This document shows positions 28,176 to 38,318 of a stretch of 64,000 nucleotides of DNA, piece by piece. Numbering within the stretch: the first letter of the stretch is position 1; every line of letters starts with the position of its first letter. This stretch comes from Candidatus Krumholzibacteriia bacterium (lineage in GTDB: Bacteria > Krumholzibacteriota > Krumholzibacteriia > JAJRXK01): the NCBI GenBank assembly GCA_041484665.1, contig JBGPIA010000004.1, positions 197,550 to 261,549 on the forward strand, read 5' to 3'. Both the position numbers and the translations under genes were made by a program. The notes under the pieces were generated by a model, which did no database searches, was not told where the DNA came from, and saw nothing but the letters and a program-made list of their open reading frames with translations.

Positions 28176-30220
28176 TACTTTAAGAGCACCGCGGACGCCG
28201 TGCGGCGCACGCCACCGTCCTCCAGCACGACGGTATAGGCGCCGCTGGCGAGCAAGCGCCCCAAGTCGTCGCGGCCGTCGAAGACAACCGAAAGCAGCCC
28301 GGGCCCACCTTGGCCGCGCGCCAGGGTCCTTACCCAACGGCCTCGCGAGTCCAGCACGCGCAGGGTGTAGGCCGCTGGCGCGGGCAGCTCGTAGCGGATC
28401 ACCGTCGATGGGTTGAACGGATTGGGTTGCGGAGCCAGCAGCGTGAGTCTGCCCGCGGGCAGCTCCGGAAGCGCGAACTGCTGCGCCGCTGCCACGCCGC
28501 CAGCGGTCCAGCGCAGCTCGACAACCCGGATCCCGGCCACGGTTCCGGCCGCCAGCTCGGCGCGCAGCTGCCCGCCCGCGGGCGTGAGCCCGGCGCCCAG
28601 CGTCGCCAGCCGGCGAGGCCATGTCTCGACGCTCCACAACGAGGCATCGCTGGCCTGCGCGGCCGGTCCGTCGAAGAGCAGGAGCCACCCGCCGGAGGCG
28701 GCCTGCGCCGTCATGCGCACCGTGGGCGCCGGCAGCACACCGCCCGACGAGGTGACGATCGCAGCCACGCCCGCCACGCCTGCGCCCGTGGTGTTGGCGT
28801 CGGGCGCGCCGATGATCAGATCGCCGCGCGTGTCGCCATCGAGGTCGCCCGCGGAGCTCACCGCCTGGCCGAAGTGATCGCCCGCGATCGCCGCCCCCGT
28901 GGGGTTGACCGGCAGGATGTCCACGATGCCCGGATCGCTGGCGCTGCTCCCGCTGAATCCTCCTGGGATCAGATAGACGTGACCGCTCGCCGCGCCGCCG
29001 GAATTGCGCAGCGGGGCACCCACGATGATGTCCTGCGTGCCGGCGCCGTCGTGATTGCCCACGTCGGCAACGGCTTCGCCGAAGCGGTCGCCGCCGGTCT
29101 CGCCCACGATCTGCAGGTCGTAGGCCGGCTGCGCCGCCGGCGTGGCCGAGCCGTAGAAGACGCGCACCACGCCTGTGTCGCCCTGATACCCGGGCGCGCC
29201 GATCAGCACATCGGTGAGCGTGTCATTGTTGAAGCGTCCGGCCTGGCTGACGGACGTCCCGTACAGGGCGTTGGCCTGGAACCCCAGAAACGTCACGTCT
29301 GCGGTGATGTCGGGCAGCGTGCTACTCACTCCACCGAAGAACAAGTAGGCGCGGCCGGCGTTCAGACCGTCCTGGCTATTCTGCGGCGCGCCGACCAGGA
29401 TCGCGGGCAACCCGGTGCCCTTGAAGCTCGGCACGTCCGTGACCGCCCAGCCGAACAGATCGCCCGCGATGGCGCCCTGGAAGCGCACCACAGAGCTCGT
29501 GGACGGCGTTACGGCGGCCCCCAGGAACAGGTACACGGCGCCGGCGTCGGCGCCGACGGCCACGGGATCGGCGTAGGGAGCCCCCACCACGAAATCGGGG
29601 TGTGTGTCGCCGTTGAGATCGCCCGCCTTGCAGACGGAATAGCCGAACTGGTCGTCTGCGGTCTCGCCTGTGAGCTTGAGGTCGAAGACCGCGTTGAGGC
29701 TCGCCGTCGCCCCGCCGAAGTAGATGTAAACGGCACCCGCGTCCGCCCCCACGGTGTCGTCGCCCGGCGCGCCGACTGCCACGTCGTCGTAGCCGTCATT
29801 GTTGACGTCGCCGACCCCCGCCACGGACCAGCCGAAGTGGGGCCGCTGGCTGGCCTGGCTCTCGGCGAGGACCAGCCGTGGCGCCGCGGTGAGCCGCGTG
29901 CCGCCCAGCCACAGGAAGGCGCGCCCGTTCTCCACGCCCAGCGTGTTGTCCATCGGCGCGCCAACGATCAGGTCGGGCTTGCCGTCGTTGTTCACGTCGC
30001 CAGCGTCGGCCACCGAGAAACCCGTCCGGCCGCCCGCCAGCTGTCCCTGCAGGAAGGCATCGACAGCGTGGGCCACTCCTGGGCGTGCGGCGAGGCCGGC
30101 GGCCGCGGCCAGGGCTAAGGCCACGGCGAGTACGCCGCGGCGTCCGGTCGCGACGACCGCCGGCGCTTGTTTCCCGCGATGCGTTATCGACGTCCCCACT
30201 CGGTGCGACCTGGACGACAT
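28175..30220 (-). CDS. FG-GAP (integrin alpha-like) repeat protein with FlgD-Ig C-terminal domain
   Basis: GGAGG RBS, ATG 30220; repeated FG.SV..AGD.N.DG..D..VGAP; C-terminal PNPFNP...FDGRDD.G..LASGAY. Confidence 0.9.
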   Translation of the reverse strand: MSSRSHRVGTSITHRGKQAPAVVATGRRGVLAVALALAAAAGLAARPGVAHAVDAFLQGQLAGGRTGFSVADAGDVNNDGKPDLIVGAPMDNTLGVENGRAFLWLGGTRLTAAPRLVLAESQASQRPHFGWSVAGVGDVNNDGYDDVAVGAPGDDTVGADAGAVYIYFGGATASLNAVFDLKLTGETADDQFGYSVCKAGDLNGDTHPDFVVGAPYADPVAVGADAGAVYLFLGAAVTPSTSSVVRFQGAIAGDLFGWAVTDVPSFKGTGLPAILVGAPQNSQDGLNAGRAYLFFGGVSSTLPDITADVTFLGFQANALYGTSVSQAGRFNNDTLTDVLIGAPGYQGDTGVVRVFYGSATPAAQPAYDLQIVGETGGDRFGEAVADVGNHDGAGTQDIIVGAPLRNSGGAASGHVYLIPGGFSGSSASDPGIVDILPVNPTGAAIAGDHFGQAVSSAGDLDGDTRGDLIIGAPDANTTGAGVAGVAAIVTSSGGVLPAPTVRMTAQAASGGWLLLFDGPAAQASDASLWSVETWPRRLATLGAGLTPAGGQLRAELAAGTVAGIRVVELRWTAGGVAAAQQFALPELPAGRLTLLAPQPNPFNPSTVIRYELPAPAAYTLRVLDSRGRWVRTLARGQGGPGLLSVVFDGRDDLGRLLASGAYTVVLEDGGVRRTASAVLLK

Positions 30221-30450
30221 GGTTCCTCCTGCGCGGCAGCCAGCCCCACGAGCCCCCATCCGACCCCCGGATGACCACTTCCAATGCAAGCCGCTCGCCC
30301 AATCATTGTGACAGATGGGAAAAGAGGGCGAAAGGGTCCCCTGCGACCCGGGTTGGGTCGCGTTCTTGCTTGCCGCCCTCGCGAGGAGCCGGGTAGGGTA
30401 ACCCCGCCTTCCCTACCGGCGGAAGGAACGACCCCAACCTCAAGGCGCAC

Positions 30451-31893
30451 ATGCGACGCTACGCTTGCATCCTGGGCACGATCACGTTGCTGGGAGGCGT
30501 CTACGCCTGGCTGGGGGGCTTCCAACCGGCCGGGCCGGCCGATCCGGATGACGGTGAGCCGGTGGCCGCCGCCAGCCTGCAGCCCACCCTCTCGGTGGAC
30601 CCACCGGCCGATCGACTGCGGGAGGCCGACCCAGCCTTCGGGGGGAGCCCGCCCGCCGTCACGGCGAAGACGTTGGACGCGGCTCCCGCCCACGGCGCCG
30701 TGCTGGCGCAGGAGGGCGCAGCCGATGCGCCGGTGCCTGGCCAGCCGCCGCTGGGCATCGAGCGCATCACGATCGGGCGCGGCGAGAGCTTCTACATGGC
30801 GCTCGAGCGCGCCGGCATCGGTCACGACACGATCATGCAATTGGTGGCCGCCTGCCGTGCCCACATCGACCTCAAGCGCGTCCAGCGGGGCGATGTCTTC
30901 GACCTCACCCGCGCACCGGGCGGGGCCCTGCAGTCGGTCCGCACGGAGCTCGACTCGGCCCATTACCTGGTGGCCAGCGCCGGCCCGGACGGCTTCAACG
31001 CGCAGCTGTGCAGCTATCCCGTGGAGCGCGAACTGAAGGCCGTGCGCGGGACCATCGACAACAACCTGTTCGATGCGCTCAAGACCGCTGGCGCCGATCC
31101 CGCGCTCGCGGTGCAGCTCAGCGAGATCCTGGGGTTCGACATCGATTTCTTCCGCGACTTGCGCAAGGGCGACACCTTCACCCTGCTCTACGAGGGGTTC
31201 GTCCACGAGGGCCGGCCCGTGCGCGACGGCCGGCTGCTGGCGGCGGACTTCGTGAACGACGGACGCCGCCACGAGGCCTATCTCTTCGAGAACACCCTCG
31301 GCCTGCCCGCGTACTACGACGGCGGCGGCCGCTCGCTGGAGAAGCAGTTCCTGCGCTCGCCCCTGAAGTTCGACCGCATCAGCAGCGGCTATAGCCTGCA
31401 CCGCTTCCACCCCATCCTGCGGTACTACCGTCCCCACGAGGGGGTCGACTACGCCGCGCCGTCGGGCACGCCCGTTCGGGCGACCGCCGACGGGGCCGTG
31501 CTGACGCGCGACCGCTACCGCGGCAACGGAAACTACATCGTGCTCAGGCATGGCGCCGGATACGAGTCGTGGTACCTGCACCTGTCCGGATTCGCGGCGG
31601 GGATCCTGCCGGGCCGGCGCGTCCAGCAGGGTGACATCATCGGCTACGTGGGCAGCACCGGGCTCTCGACGGCGCCGCATCTCTGCTACCGCATCATGCG
31701 CAACGGCCGGTTCGTCAATCCGCAGAAGCTCGAGCTGCCTCCGTCCGATCCGGTGGACGCAGCGCGGCGCCCCGATTTCATGCGCACGCGTGACGACCTG
31801 CGTATCATGCTGGCGTCGGTGCCACTGACCACCGGGGTGACGCTGGTGATGGCGCAGGCGCCCGGCGCTACGGCGGCCACGTTGGCGCGCTAG
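30451..31893 (+). CDS. M23 family peptidoglycan endopeptidase (MepM/OapA-like)
   Basis: N-terminal anchor; HEGVDY, YLHLS, GSTGLSTAPHL. Confidence 0.92.
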   Translation: MRRYACILGTITLLGGVYAWLGGFQPAGPADPDDGEPVAAASLQPTLSVDPPADRLREADPAFGGSPPAVTAKTLDAAPAHGAVLAQEGAADAPVPGQPPLGIERITIGRGESFYMALERAGIGHDTIMQLVAACRAHIDLKRVQRGDVFDLTRAPGGALQSVRTELDSAHYLVASAGPDGFNAQLCSYPVERELKAVRGTIDNNLFDALKTAGADPALAVQLSEILGFDIDFFRDLRKGDTFTLLYEGFVHEGRPVRDGRLLAADFVNDGRRHEAYLFENTLGLPAYYDGGGRSLEKQFLRSPLKFDRISSGYSLHRFHPILRYYRPHEGVDYAAPSGTPVRATADGAVLTRDRYRGNGNYIVLRHGAGYESWYLHLSGFAAGILPGRRVQQGDIIGYVGSTGLSTAPHLCYRIMRNGRFVNPQKLELPPSDPVDAARRPDFMRTRDDLRIMLASVPLTTGVTLVMAQAPGATAATLAR

Positions 31894-32001
31894 GCCGCCG
31901 CCGACCGGCGCCGGATCGCCGGCCCGAATCGGCACGAGCCTCGACGCTCATTCCCGTAGCCCGGTCCCTCGCCGCGGCCGCGTGCCGCAGGAGGCGAGGT
32001 C

Positions 32002-34503
32002 ATGCATCCTTCGGAGCCGAACGCTCGAAACGAGGGGCCCGCACCGGCGGAGCGCTCCGACCCCGTCGAGCAGTCCGCGCCCGCCGCGACGCCGCCGGCG
32101 TCCGCGAAGCCCGACTCGGCCGCGACGCGCTGGTCCGCGCTGGATCGGCGGGACGGGCTCCCCCCCGACCGTTTCGGCTGGAAGGCGCACCGTCTGGCCG
32201 CGCTGCACCAGGCCGGCGTTGCCACACCCGGCGGGTGGGCGCTGGACGCCGCCGCGACGGCGTCCGCCGCCCGCGATCCTCGGGAGGCGTTGGCGCTGGC
32301 GGGCGCGCTGCTCGAATCCGACCCCGACATAGCGCTCTGGATGGTGCGGTCCTCCAGCCCGGCCGAGGACCGCGACGGCGCGAGCCTGGCGGGGCTGCTG
32401 GAGTCGCGCTCCGCCAACGCCACCCCCGAGGCACTGGCGCAGGCTCTCGCGGCGGTGGGCGCCTCCGGCGGCAGCAGCCTCGTGCAGCGCGTGCTGGAGC
32501 TGCCCGCAGGCGGGGGGCTCGCCGTGGCGGTGCTGGCGCAGCGGCACCTGGAGTTGCGCGCGTGGTGGACGGTGGAGGTCCACCCCGACGCGAACGTCCT
32601 CCAGCTGGAAGGCTGGAGTGCACAGGCCGAGCCGGTCCGCGCGCTGCGCGCCCAGCTCCTCTGCGAAGAGCTCGCCGTGGGGAGCGCCGCCGGACCACCC
32701 TGGGCACGCGCGGCGCTGTCGCTGACCCAGCAGGCACTGGCGCACCTGGGCCCGGGAGCCTGGCAGCTGGAGATCGGCGAAGAGCGCGATCGCGTGCTGT
32801 TGCTGCAGGCCCGCCCCGCGCCTGCGCGCTGGTCCGCCTGGGGAGCGTCCGGACCAGCGCGGCTCGCGATGGACGTCGTGCCCGCGGCAGGTGCCGCGCC
32901 TGCGCTGGCGGGCGCGCGTGAGGACGTCCCGCACTTCCCGTTGCACCCGCAGGACGCGCGCGAGCACTGGGCGTGGGACGCGGAGCACTGTCCCACGCCG
33001 CTGTGTCCGCTGCTGGCGGGCTGGTTCGCGCGTTGGCTTGCGGCCCAACCGGCTGGGTTCGGCAGCCGGCTGATCGACGGGCGCTGGCACGACCGCACGC
33101 GGCCGACCGACGACGAGGCGGGCGCGGGGTCCGGCAGCGCCGAGCGCGTTGCGCCTCCCGCGGCGTGGGCGATCCCCGAGTCGGTGCAGGGGGCGCTGCG
33201 CGAGTGGACGACGCGGCGCGAGCCCGCGTTGCTGACCAGGCTCGCGGCGCTGGAGCGCGCCGCAGCAGCGCTCGCCGGACCGCTCTCGGCGACGCAGCGG
33301 CGCAGCGGCTGGCGGGAGTTCATGGGCGCCTGGCTCTTGCTCCAGCAAACCTACTTCTCCGGCGGACTGCGCAGAGCGCGCGGCTGGGCACGCCAGGCGC
33401 TGGACGCACTGCGCGGGCTAGCGCCAAAGGCGCCGGCGCCACCGCTGCCGCAGACCGAGGCCGCGCAGCGCGAGACCGCTCTGCAGGAGCTCGTGGCGCT
33501 GGCGCGCTGCTGCTTCCCGGAGGATGGCCCGCCCCCGTCACCCGGGTCGATCGCGGCCTTGCTGGATCCCGCCGCAGCGCCGGCGTTGCCCGCGGCGGCG
33601 CTGGCGCGCACGGGCGTGATCGACCACCTCCGCCGCTTCGGGCACGTCGCCGTTGCGCCCTGGGACGGTCGCGCCGCGGCCCTCGAGGAGGACCGTTGGC
33701 CGTTGTGGGCCGAGCTTGCTCGGCGCCTGGCCGGCAGGTGCGACCCCGGCCCGGCCTTCGTGCCCGCGGCCGTCTCCGCACAGCAGCGGCGCGCTCAGCT
33801 CGACGCCGCGCTCGAGTCCGCGCTGCCTGACACTCAGGAACGCGAGGCGGCGCGCGCCGCGGCCGAGACCGCAGCGCGCGTGCTGGCCGCCTGCGAGGAC
33901 GACGATACGCTGCTGGCGCGGGCCTATGCGCTCTGGCGGCGGGCCGCGCGGGCATTGGCGCAGGGGGTGACCGCGTCCGCATCGGCGCAGCGCGAGATCT
34001 TCGATCTGTTGCCGGGCGATCTGGACCGCATCCTGGTCGCTCCACCGGCGGAGCAGCCGCGGCTGTGGCGCGAGTCGCTGCGCCGCGGACGGGCGTTGGC
34101 GGCGGTATGGGAGGGCCGTACGCCCGCGGACGCTGTGCGCGCGGAGCCATCGGCGCGTCCCGGTCCCGGCCGCGCGGGCGAGCAACGGCTGGGGCTGCCC
34201 GCCTCGCCGGGGCGCGCGCAGGGCGCGCCACGCCGTCTGGACTCGGCGCAGCAGGATGGCGGCCCCGCAGCGGGGGAGATCCTCGTGGTGCCCATGCTGC
34301 TGCCGGCGGATGCGGTCGTACTGGGCCGCGTGGCAGCCGTGGTGGCGGAGTCGGGCGGAGCGTTGTCCCACGCGGCCGTGCTCGCTCGCGAGCGCGGTGT
34401 GCCCGCCGTGGTCGCGCTGCCAAAGGCGCGGCGTTGGCTGGCGTGCGCCCGCGAGGTGCTCGTCGACGGCGATCGCGGAACGGTCACGATCCTGCGCGAT
34501 TGA
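32002..34503 (+). CDS. PEP-synthase/rifampicin-phosphotransferase-like protein (ATP-grasp plus C-terminal His swivel domain)
   Basis: GWKA..L, VRSSS..ED...SLAG, LLQARP; ASPGRAQG...ESGGALSHAAVLARERGVPAVV. Confidence 0.75.
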   Translation: MHPSEPNARNEGPAPAERSDPVEQSAPAATPPASAKPDSAATRWSALDRRDGLPPDRFGWKAHRLAALHQAGVATPGGWALDAAATASAARDPREALALAGALLESDPDIALWMVRSSSPAEDRDGASLAGLLESRSANATPEALAQALAAVGASGGSSLVQRVLELPAGGGLAVAVLAQRHLELRAWWTVEVHPDANVLQLEGWSAQAEPVRALRAQLLCEELAVGSAAGPPWARAALSLTQQALAHLGPGAWQLEIGEERDRVLLLQARPAPARWSAWGASGPARLAMDVVPAAGAAPALAGAREDVPHFPLHPQDAREHWAWDAEHCPTPLCPLLAGWFARWLAAQPAGFGSRLIDGRWHDRTRPTDDEAGAGSGSAERVAPPAAWAIPESVQGALREWTTRREPALLTRLAALERAAAALAGPLSATQRRSGWREFMGAWLLLQQTYFSGGLRRARGWARQALDALRGLAPKAPAPPLPQTEAAQRETALQELVALARCCFPEDGPPPSPGSIAALLDPAAAPALPAAALARTGVIDHLRRFGHVAVAPWDGRAAALEEDRWPLWAELARRLAGRCDPGPAFVPAAVSAQQRRAQLDAALESALPDTQEREAARAAAETAARVLAACEDDDTLLARAYALWRRAARALAQGVTASASAQREIFDLLPGDLDRILVAPPAEQPRLWRESLRRGRALAAVWEGRTPADAVRAEPSARPGPGRAGEQRLGLPASPGRAQGAPRRLDSAQQDGGPAAGEILVVPMLLPADAVVLGRVAAVVAESGGALSHAAVLARERGVPAVVALPKARRWLACAREVLVDGDRGTVTILRD

Positions 34504-35923
34504 GACGCCGTGCCACCGAGGAGAGCGGGAGCGCGAGCAGCAGGATGGAAAGGCCGATGGCGGAGGCGCGCGGCAGCGACCGCGCGACGTAGGCCGTCCC
34601 GCCCAGCGCCGTTGCCACTGCCAAGAGCGGCGGCAGCGGCCACAGCGGGATACGCCGCGAGTCCGCAGCCACGCGCCCGCGCGCGCGCAGCCACATACCG
34701 CCTGCCAAGATCACAGCGCTGAACAACCCAGTCGCGAAGTAGAAATACTGCACGAGCTGCTCGAAACTCCCCACGCAGGCGTACACTGCGGCGGCCGCCG
34801 CGCACAGGAGCACCGCCACGGCAGGCGTGCGCCGCGGCGCCCACAGCCGGCCCGCCGCAGGGAAGAACAGCCCCGCGCCAGCCAGCGCGAGCAGGATGCG
34901 CGGCCCACTGAACAGCAGCGACACCATCGCGCCGAAGGTCGCCACGGTCACCACCGCGCTCAGCAGTCGGCCGCCGGCGGGCCCCATCAGCGCGCGCGCC
35001 AGGTCCGCGGCCACCGCGGGCGAGCCGGCGATGGCCTCCATCCCCAGGTGCCGCCGCAGCGCGAGCGCGTAGAGCACGTAGATCGCCATGATCAGCAGCA
35101 CCGTGCTCGTCAGCACGACGGTCAGCGTGCGCGCTGGACGCTCGACCTCGCCGGCCACGACCACGACCTCGAGAAAGCCGGCGTAGCACCACTCCATGAA
35201 GACGATCGCCAGCAACCACGGCAGAAGCCCCCCCGCAACCGCGCCGGTCGCCGTCGCGGAGACCGGCGCGTGGGGCAAGCCGGAGGGATCCGCGCCGTGC
35301 GAAGCCACGACCGGCGCGAGCGCGACCCCGGCCACGGCCAGCAGCAGCAGCGCTCCCACCTTGGCGGCGCTGAGCCCCACCTGCGCACGCGCGGTCAGCA
35401 CCACGCCCAATACGTTGAGCGACGCCGCCAGCGCGATCGCTCCGCAGGCCAACGCCGCGGTCGGCAGCTGCACGCCGAGCAGATCGGCGGCCGACGTCCC
35501 GAACACACGGGCGAGCCCCGCGATGCTCGAGGGGTAGATCACCAGCATCACGGCCCAGCCGTACGCGAAGGCGAGGCGGTCGCCGTAGATGCGGCGTAGG
35601 TAGACGACGTAGCCACCCGTCTCGGGGAAGGTCGTCGCCAGCTCTGCGTAGGACAGCGCCGATGCCAGGCTCAGCAACCCGCCCACGATCCAGATCCAAG
35701 TGAAGCTGGCCGGGTCGGGCAGCTGGCGTGCAATCTGCGCCGGCAGCACGAAGATCCCCGAGCCGATCACCACGCCCAGGGTGAGACCCAACCCGCGCCC
35801 TGGGCCCAGGCAGCGCGTGAGGGTGACGGCGCACGGAGCCGGCGCAGTGGTGCGCGGCAGCTTGGCGTGACCGCCTGCCGGCGATTCGGAAACGCCCCGC
35901 GGTGCGCGCCGCTGGGTTGTCAT
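34484..35923 (-). CDS. APC family amino acid permease
   Basis: VIGSGIF, YAELATTFPETGG, GEVERP.R, about 12 TM helices. Confidence 0.88.
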   Translation of the reverse strand: MTTQRRAPRGVSESPAGGHAKLPRTTAPAPCAVTLTRCLGPGRGLGLTLGVVIGSGIFVLPAQIARQLPDPASFTWIWIVGGLLSLASALSYAELATTFPETGGYVVYLRRIYGDRLAFAYGWAVMLVIYPSSIAGLARVFGTSAADLLGVQLPTAALACGAIALAASLNVLGVVLTARAQVGLSAAKVGALLLLAVAGVALAPVVASHGADPSGLPHAPVSATATGAVAGGLLPWLLAIVFMEWCYAGFLEVVVVAGEVERPARTLTVVLTSTVLLIMAIYVLYALALRRHLGMEAIAGSPAVAADLARALMGPAGGRLLSAVVTVATFGAMVSLLFSGPRILLALAGAGLFFPAAGRLWAPRRTPAVAVLLCAAAAAVYACVGSFEQLVQYFYFATGLFSAVILAGGMWLRARGRVAADSRRIPLWPLPPLLAVATALGGTAYVARSLPRASAIGLSILLLALPLSSVARRLNRAGS

Positions 35924-35924
35924 G

Positions 35925-37064
35925 CTAGCGCTGCACCGTAATGGCGGCGTGCGGGAGCAGTCCGTCCTGGGCACTGTTGGACATGGCCAGCGCTACGTGA
36001 CTCGCCGTCCGGGCGTCGATGCCGCGCCGCAGCACGCGCAGCGAGCTGGGCAGGCCCGGTGCGGGATCGAGCGCGGGCTCGAGCGTAATCATGATCTCGG
36101 GGTTGCGCAGGAACGGGATGCCGGTGGGCAGCTGCGTGTTGAAGTCCTGCCCGGGGAACGGCGGCGCGGCGACCGTACCGGCCGCGGGGCCTCCGCCGTC
36201 GGAGTCCACTCCAGTTGCGCTGCGGAAGCGGCCCATCGGGAGCATCTGGCGGATCGCGCCCGTCTCGCTGCGCTCCAGCAACCAGCCCTGGAAGGTGAGC
36301 GAGTCCGGCAGCGCCCCAGGCTGCCCCAACGCCAACGACGGCTGCGGCGCGGCGACCTCTCCGCGGAAGAACCACGCGCCCAGCAGCTCGTCGTTGGGGT
36401 CGCTGGTCGTGGGCGTCGCGAGCGTGACGTCGCCCGCCAGCGCGCGCAGATCGAGCGGCGCGACCTCACCGTCCTCGGCGGAAAGCTCCGTGCTCTGGAT
36501 GAAGCCCGGCGCGACAAAACTGCCCGCTGCGAGCTTGAAGCCCGGAGCGTGCGGCGCGCTCTCCTGGCCCACGATTTGGTAGGTGATCAGGGCGCGGGCG
36601 ACGTCGCCCCCGTCCCACGCCGCCGGCAGCGGTAGCGTCTCGATGCGCGCTCCATCCAGTCTCTGCATCACACCCAGCGTGTCGACGCGAAACGTCGCTG
36701 CCGAGACGAAGCGCTGCGGGACGTCCCACGGCTGCGTCCCCGCGGGTGGCGGCTGCGCGGGCGAGCCCAGCCACAGCTCGTAGAAGCCCTGCGTGGGGTT
36801 CAGCGGCAGCAGGCCGCTCACGGTCAGGAAGATCTGCTGCGTGCGCGGCGGTTGGCCGTTCTGATTGCGACGGCAGGTCGCCGCTGTGAGCAGCGGCACG
36901 AACAGCGCGATGAGGCCCAGCGAGCGGACGACGATGACCCGCGGCGTGCGCGGCCGGTGCGCGGCGAAGCGCGGGGCGGCGCAGAGCTCGGCAATGGAGC
37001 TTGTGGTGGAAGAGCGCCCGCCGATGGAGCGCGGGGCGGCGTCGGGGCTCGGACGAGCTTGCAT
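35925..37064 (-). CDS. Putative lipoprotein with RskA-like (YELWL/FQGWL) domains; start uncertain
   Basis: LLTAATC lipobox-like; two Y/F-x-x-W-L modules; PPFPGQDF, MITLEP. Confidence 0.65.
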   Translation of the reverse strand: MQARPSPDAAPRSIGGRSSTTSSIAELCAAPRFAAHRPRTPRVIVVRSLGLIALFVPLLTAATCRRNQNGQPPRTQQIFLTVSGLLPLNPTQGFYELWLGSPAQPPPAGTQPWDVPQRFVSAATFRVDTLGVMQRLDGARIETLPLPAAWDGGDVARALITYQIVGQESAPHAPGFKLAAGSFVAPGFIQSTELSAEDGEVAPLDLRALAGDVTLATPTTSDPNDELLGAWFFRGEVAAPQPSLALGQPGALPDSLTFQGWLLERSETGAIRQMLPMGRFRSATGVDSDGGGPAAGTVAAPPFPGQDFNTQLPTGIPFLRNPEIMITLEPALDPAPGLPSSLRVLRRGIDARTASHVALAMSNSAQDGLLPHAAITVQR

Positions 37065-37249
37065 GGCGAACTGCCTCTCAGGGATGCGGCTGGTGGGCGA
37101 CCGCGGGTCGGCCGTGGCAGCCGTCGCTGTGCGGCTGGGCCGCCTCCAGCACCGCAAAGACGTGCCGCCAATGTATGCTAGACCCCCGCTGGGGCGACAG
37201 GGGTCACCCGCGCCTGACCCTGCTGGCCCCCGGCGACTCGAGCTCAGTC

Positions 37250-38190
37250 ATGACGGATCGACGCTCTTCCCCTGTCTCAACCCACCCACGGAGCTGCGGC
37301 GCGTCGTATGCCGGCGTGCTGGTCGAAGGCGGGCTGCTCGCCGGCGCGATGGTCTCCGCTGGCTGCGCCCACGCCAGCAACCGCACGCCCGAGCGGGTGA
37401 TCCCGGCGCAAGCGCGGTCCGGTCCGGCGGCGATCATGGCAGATCTCATCATCGAAGTCGGCACGATCTACACTCTGGCGGGCGATCAGCCATCGCCCGT
37501 GGAGGCGCTTGCCATCGGCGGTGGCGTAGTGCTCGCGGCGGGGCCGCGCGCCGCGGTGGAGACGCTGCGCAACCCGCGGACGCGGACCCTCGATCTGGCC
37601 GGTGCGTGGGCGGTGCCCGGGCTGGTCGATGCCCACGGGCACCTGTTCAACCTGGGAGCCTTGCTCGCGCAGGTCGATCTCCGGGGCACGACCACCGCGC
37701 AGGAGTGCATCGAGCGCGCGCAGGAGCGGGCCGCCGCGCGGGGATCACGCGGGCGGCGCCCGACCCCAAGGGGGGCGAGATCGTGCGCGATGCGGCCACC
37801 GGCGAGCCCACCGGGATCGTCATCGACGCCGCCGACGGCTCTCTGCGCGCGCAGATCCCCGGACCCGGCGAGGCCGAGCTGGACCGGCGCCTGGATGCGG
37901 CCCTGGCGGCCGCAGCGGCGAGCGGTCTCACGGGCGTACCGGAGTGGGGGCGTCTGGCTCCAGGGAGCCGCGCCGATGTCACGGTGCTCGATACGGATCC
38001 GTTCTGCTCAGACGCAGCAAATCTGCTCAAGGCGAAGGTGGTCACGACGCTGGTGGAGGCAGTGACGGCGGGCGGTAAGAACGCGTCCGCGGTCGTCCCA
38101 GGCAGGCCAGCGACCCCCATGACCCCCATGACCCCCGCGACCCCGGCGGCCCCGCCAACCCCAGCGCCCCGCTCGGGCGGCGCGCACTGA
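37250..38190 (+). pseudogene. YtcJ-like amidohydrolase (Amidohydro_3) with frameshift and two large internal deletions
   Basis: Frame 1 carries PGLVDAHGH; after ~37735 another frame gives AGIT..PDPKGGEIVRD..GEPTG...GLTGV joined directly to GRLAPG.RAD.TVLD. Confidence 0.85.
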
Positions 38191-38318
38191 CGCGGCCTCG
38201 CGGCGGTCGGCCGGCGGACACCGACGCGAGCGTTCGACCCTGCGCAACGCGACACGGGGGACGCTTGAAGGAGAGGAGCCGGCGTGAAGGGCTCGCCCTA
38301 CCGAATCCGCGCGCCGCG

